Shown piece after piece: positions 62,725 through 64,000 of a stretch of DNA of 64,000 nt. Under the pieces are notes generated by a model. That model had not been told where the DNA came from. It worked only from the letters and a program-made list of their open reading frames with translations, and made no database searches. Positions within the stretch are counted from its first letter, which is position 1; each line of letters begins with the position of its first letter. The stretch covers positions 12,650-76,649 of the IMG/VR virus record IMGVR_UViG_3300045988_130114. One strand, written 5' to 3'. Position numbers and translations under genes: made by a program. This DNA is from a virus.

Positions 62725-63480
62725 ATGGATAAAGTAGTGGCACACGTATATGAATCATACGATTATGATAAATTTCATATCATGGATAAAGGGAATAGGG
62801 ATATTACCCATTCCGAAAAAATTGCAAGACAAATGGGAGAATAATTTCTATTTACAGTAATTATCGTTAATGATAAATATGAAATCATAGACGGACAAAA
62901 TAGGTATCTTGCATCAAAACTGTTAGGAAAGCCGATACGATATGTAATAGCCGAAGGTTACGGAATAAAAGAAACTCGACTTTACAATATGGAAACAAAA
63001 AATTGGCAGAAAAAAGATTTCATAAAATCTTTTGCAGACGAAGGGAAGGAAGAATACCTAAAATTTGCTGAGTTTCAAAAACGTTATAGTGATTTCCCCT
63101 CTTCTGTGTGTGAGTTTTTGCTTCGATTATCAATGTGTAATGATTACTCAGATAAGAGGTGCAAAAATACATTTAAATCTGTTCAAAGAGGCTTGTTTGT
63201 TATAGATGATTATAAACGTTCGTGTGAAGTTGCTGACATTGTTCTCTCATACAAACCATTCTGCGAAGGTCAGCGTCATCCTATCTATAAAAGAAAAGAG
63301 TTTGTTTCTGCAATAATCAAACTTTCGAGATTAAAGGAATTTGACAATAAATTAGTTTTAAAGAAAATAAATCTTAATCCGCGTGCATTTGTACCGTGTA
63401 TATCTTCCGATGAATATATTCGTATGATAGAAGATATAGTTAATTATAAAAATAAAAATAGAATCAGATTCAATGTATGA
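62725..63480 (+). pseudogene. ParB-N (DGQNR) domain gene with a single in-frame TAA at 62842-62844
   Basis: The same frame reads MDKVVAHVYESYDYDKFHIMDKGNRDITHSEKIARQMGE * FLFTVIIVNDKYEIIDGQNRYLASKLLGKPIRYVI...METKNW... (track ORF 62989..63480). Confidence 0.55.
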
Positions 63481-63794
63481 GTGAAACTGGAAAAGAATAC
63501 GGACTATTTGTAAAACAGCGAAGAGAAGAACGGTATAGCCAATTTGTAACCTCAATTCTCCCTGCTATCAAATCTTTAGGCTATGAAGTTATTCAACGAA
63601 ATGATTATGGGTTCGAATTCATTGTTCCTAAGAAAGGATTTGGCTGGGTTATATTCTATCCCAAAGGTAATAGGTTATTATTATGTAAGCAAAATAAATG
63701 GCTATACGGTGGTTTCTCTTGGATTCGCAAACATATACTTAAAAACAATGGAAGTATGCAAAACAGATGTGCAGACCGTTATTCGGCTTCGTGA
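63477..63794 (+). CDS. hypothetical protein
   Basis: 105-aa ORF. Confidence 0.4.
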   Translation: MSETGKEYGLFVKQRREERYSQFVTSILPAIKSLGYEVIQRNDYGFEFIVPKKGFGWVIFYPKGNRLLLCKQNKWLYGGFSWIRKHILKNNGSMQNRCADRYSAS

Positions 63795-63912
63795 TAAGAG
63801 TGCAGAATTAATTAATGAATATTGTAAGAAGCCCTGCGAACTTGATAAAGCAAGACAAGCCAAAAAGCTAAGTAAAAAATTAAAAAAGAAAATATACAAT
63901 GGAAAAGAATGA
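63748..63912 (+). CDS. small basic hypothetical protein
   Basis: Internal ATG (MEVCKTDVQTV...) of track ORF 63583..63912. Confidence 0.3.
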   Translation: MEVCKTDVQTVIRLRDKSAELINEYCKKPCELDKARQAKKLSKKLKKKIYNGKE

Positions 63913-64000
63913 AATTTTAAATAGCGACTGTGCTGTCCGCCGCAATGCCGCCGGTAATCCCAACACTCCGGTCGATACCCTTGTCGAACTGTCGAAAGAT
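63899..64000 (+). CDS. leucine-rich-repeat-variant/HEAT-like protein, N-terminal fragment (continues beyond window)
   Basis: MEKNEILNSDCAVRRNAAGNPNTPVDTLVELSKD. The segment is visibly GC-rich. Confidence 0.4.
   Translation, partial: MEKNEILNSDCAVRRNAAGNPNTPVDTLVELSKD

Noticed and set aside
1-64000. CRISPR arrays, reverse transcriptase/DGR template-variable repeat pairs, transposases or IS elements.
   Set aside because: No repeat-spacer structure, RT motif (YxDD) or transposase-like ORF was seen on either strand while reading the window and the ORF track.

Overview
The window looks like most of a roughly 64-kb temperate siphovirus-type phage or prophage of a Bacteroidales host. Host cues are repeated TAnnTTTG -7 promoter boxes, no Shine-Dalgarno use, a DUF4373-type replication protein, BACON-like domains, a Bacteroides-type tyrosine integrase and a lipobox protein. 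Gene order on the + strand: replication and DNA-modification genes (DUF4373 Rep, DnaC-like ATPase, methyltransferases, two PAPS-reductase-like genes, DUF488). Next come four unusual tRNA-like genes, a Dam-like MTase, a ParB-like gene, TerS and TerL. A 3.4-kb accessory island follows, then portal, MuF, scaffold, capsid, connectors and major tail protein. A reverse-strand two-gene island interrupts the tail operon before the tape measure, hub and collagen-like fibre. After these come BACON-like proteins, holin and GH108 endolysin, further fibre and deacetylase genes, a more GC-rich orphan operon and a NYN-domain locus. The window ends with integrase plus an attP-like tRNA-Thr 3' fragment, a CI/Cro switch, a LuxR-type regulator, RecT/YqaJ and a ParB-like gene. 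All functional calls come from reading motifs by eye, with no database search. The items most worth follow-up are the over-length and aberrant tRNA-like genes, three interrupted genes (CI at an A8 tract, a ParB-like gene with one in-frame TAA, a split PAPS reductase) and the reverse-strand nuclease/lipoprotein island. Also notable are the NYN locus, the orphan operon, a compositionally mosaic fibre gene and three recurrent regulatory motifs.
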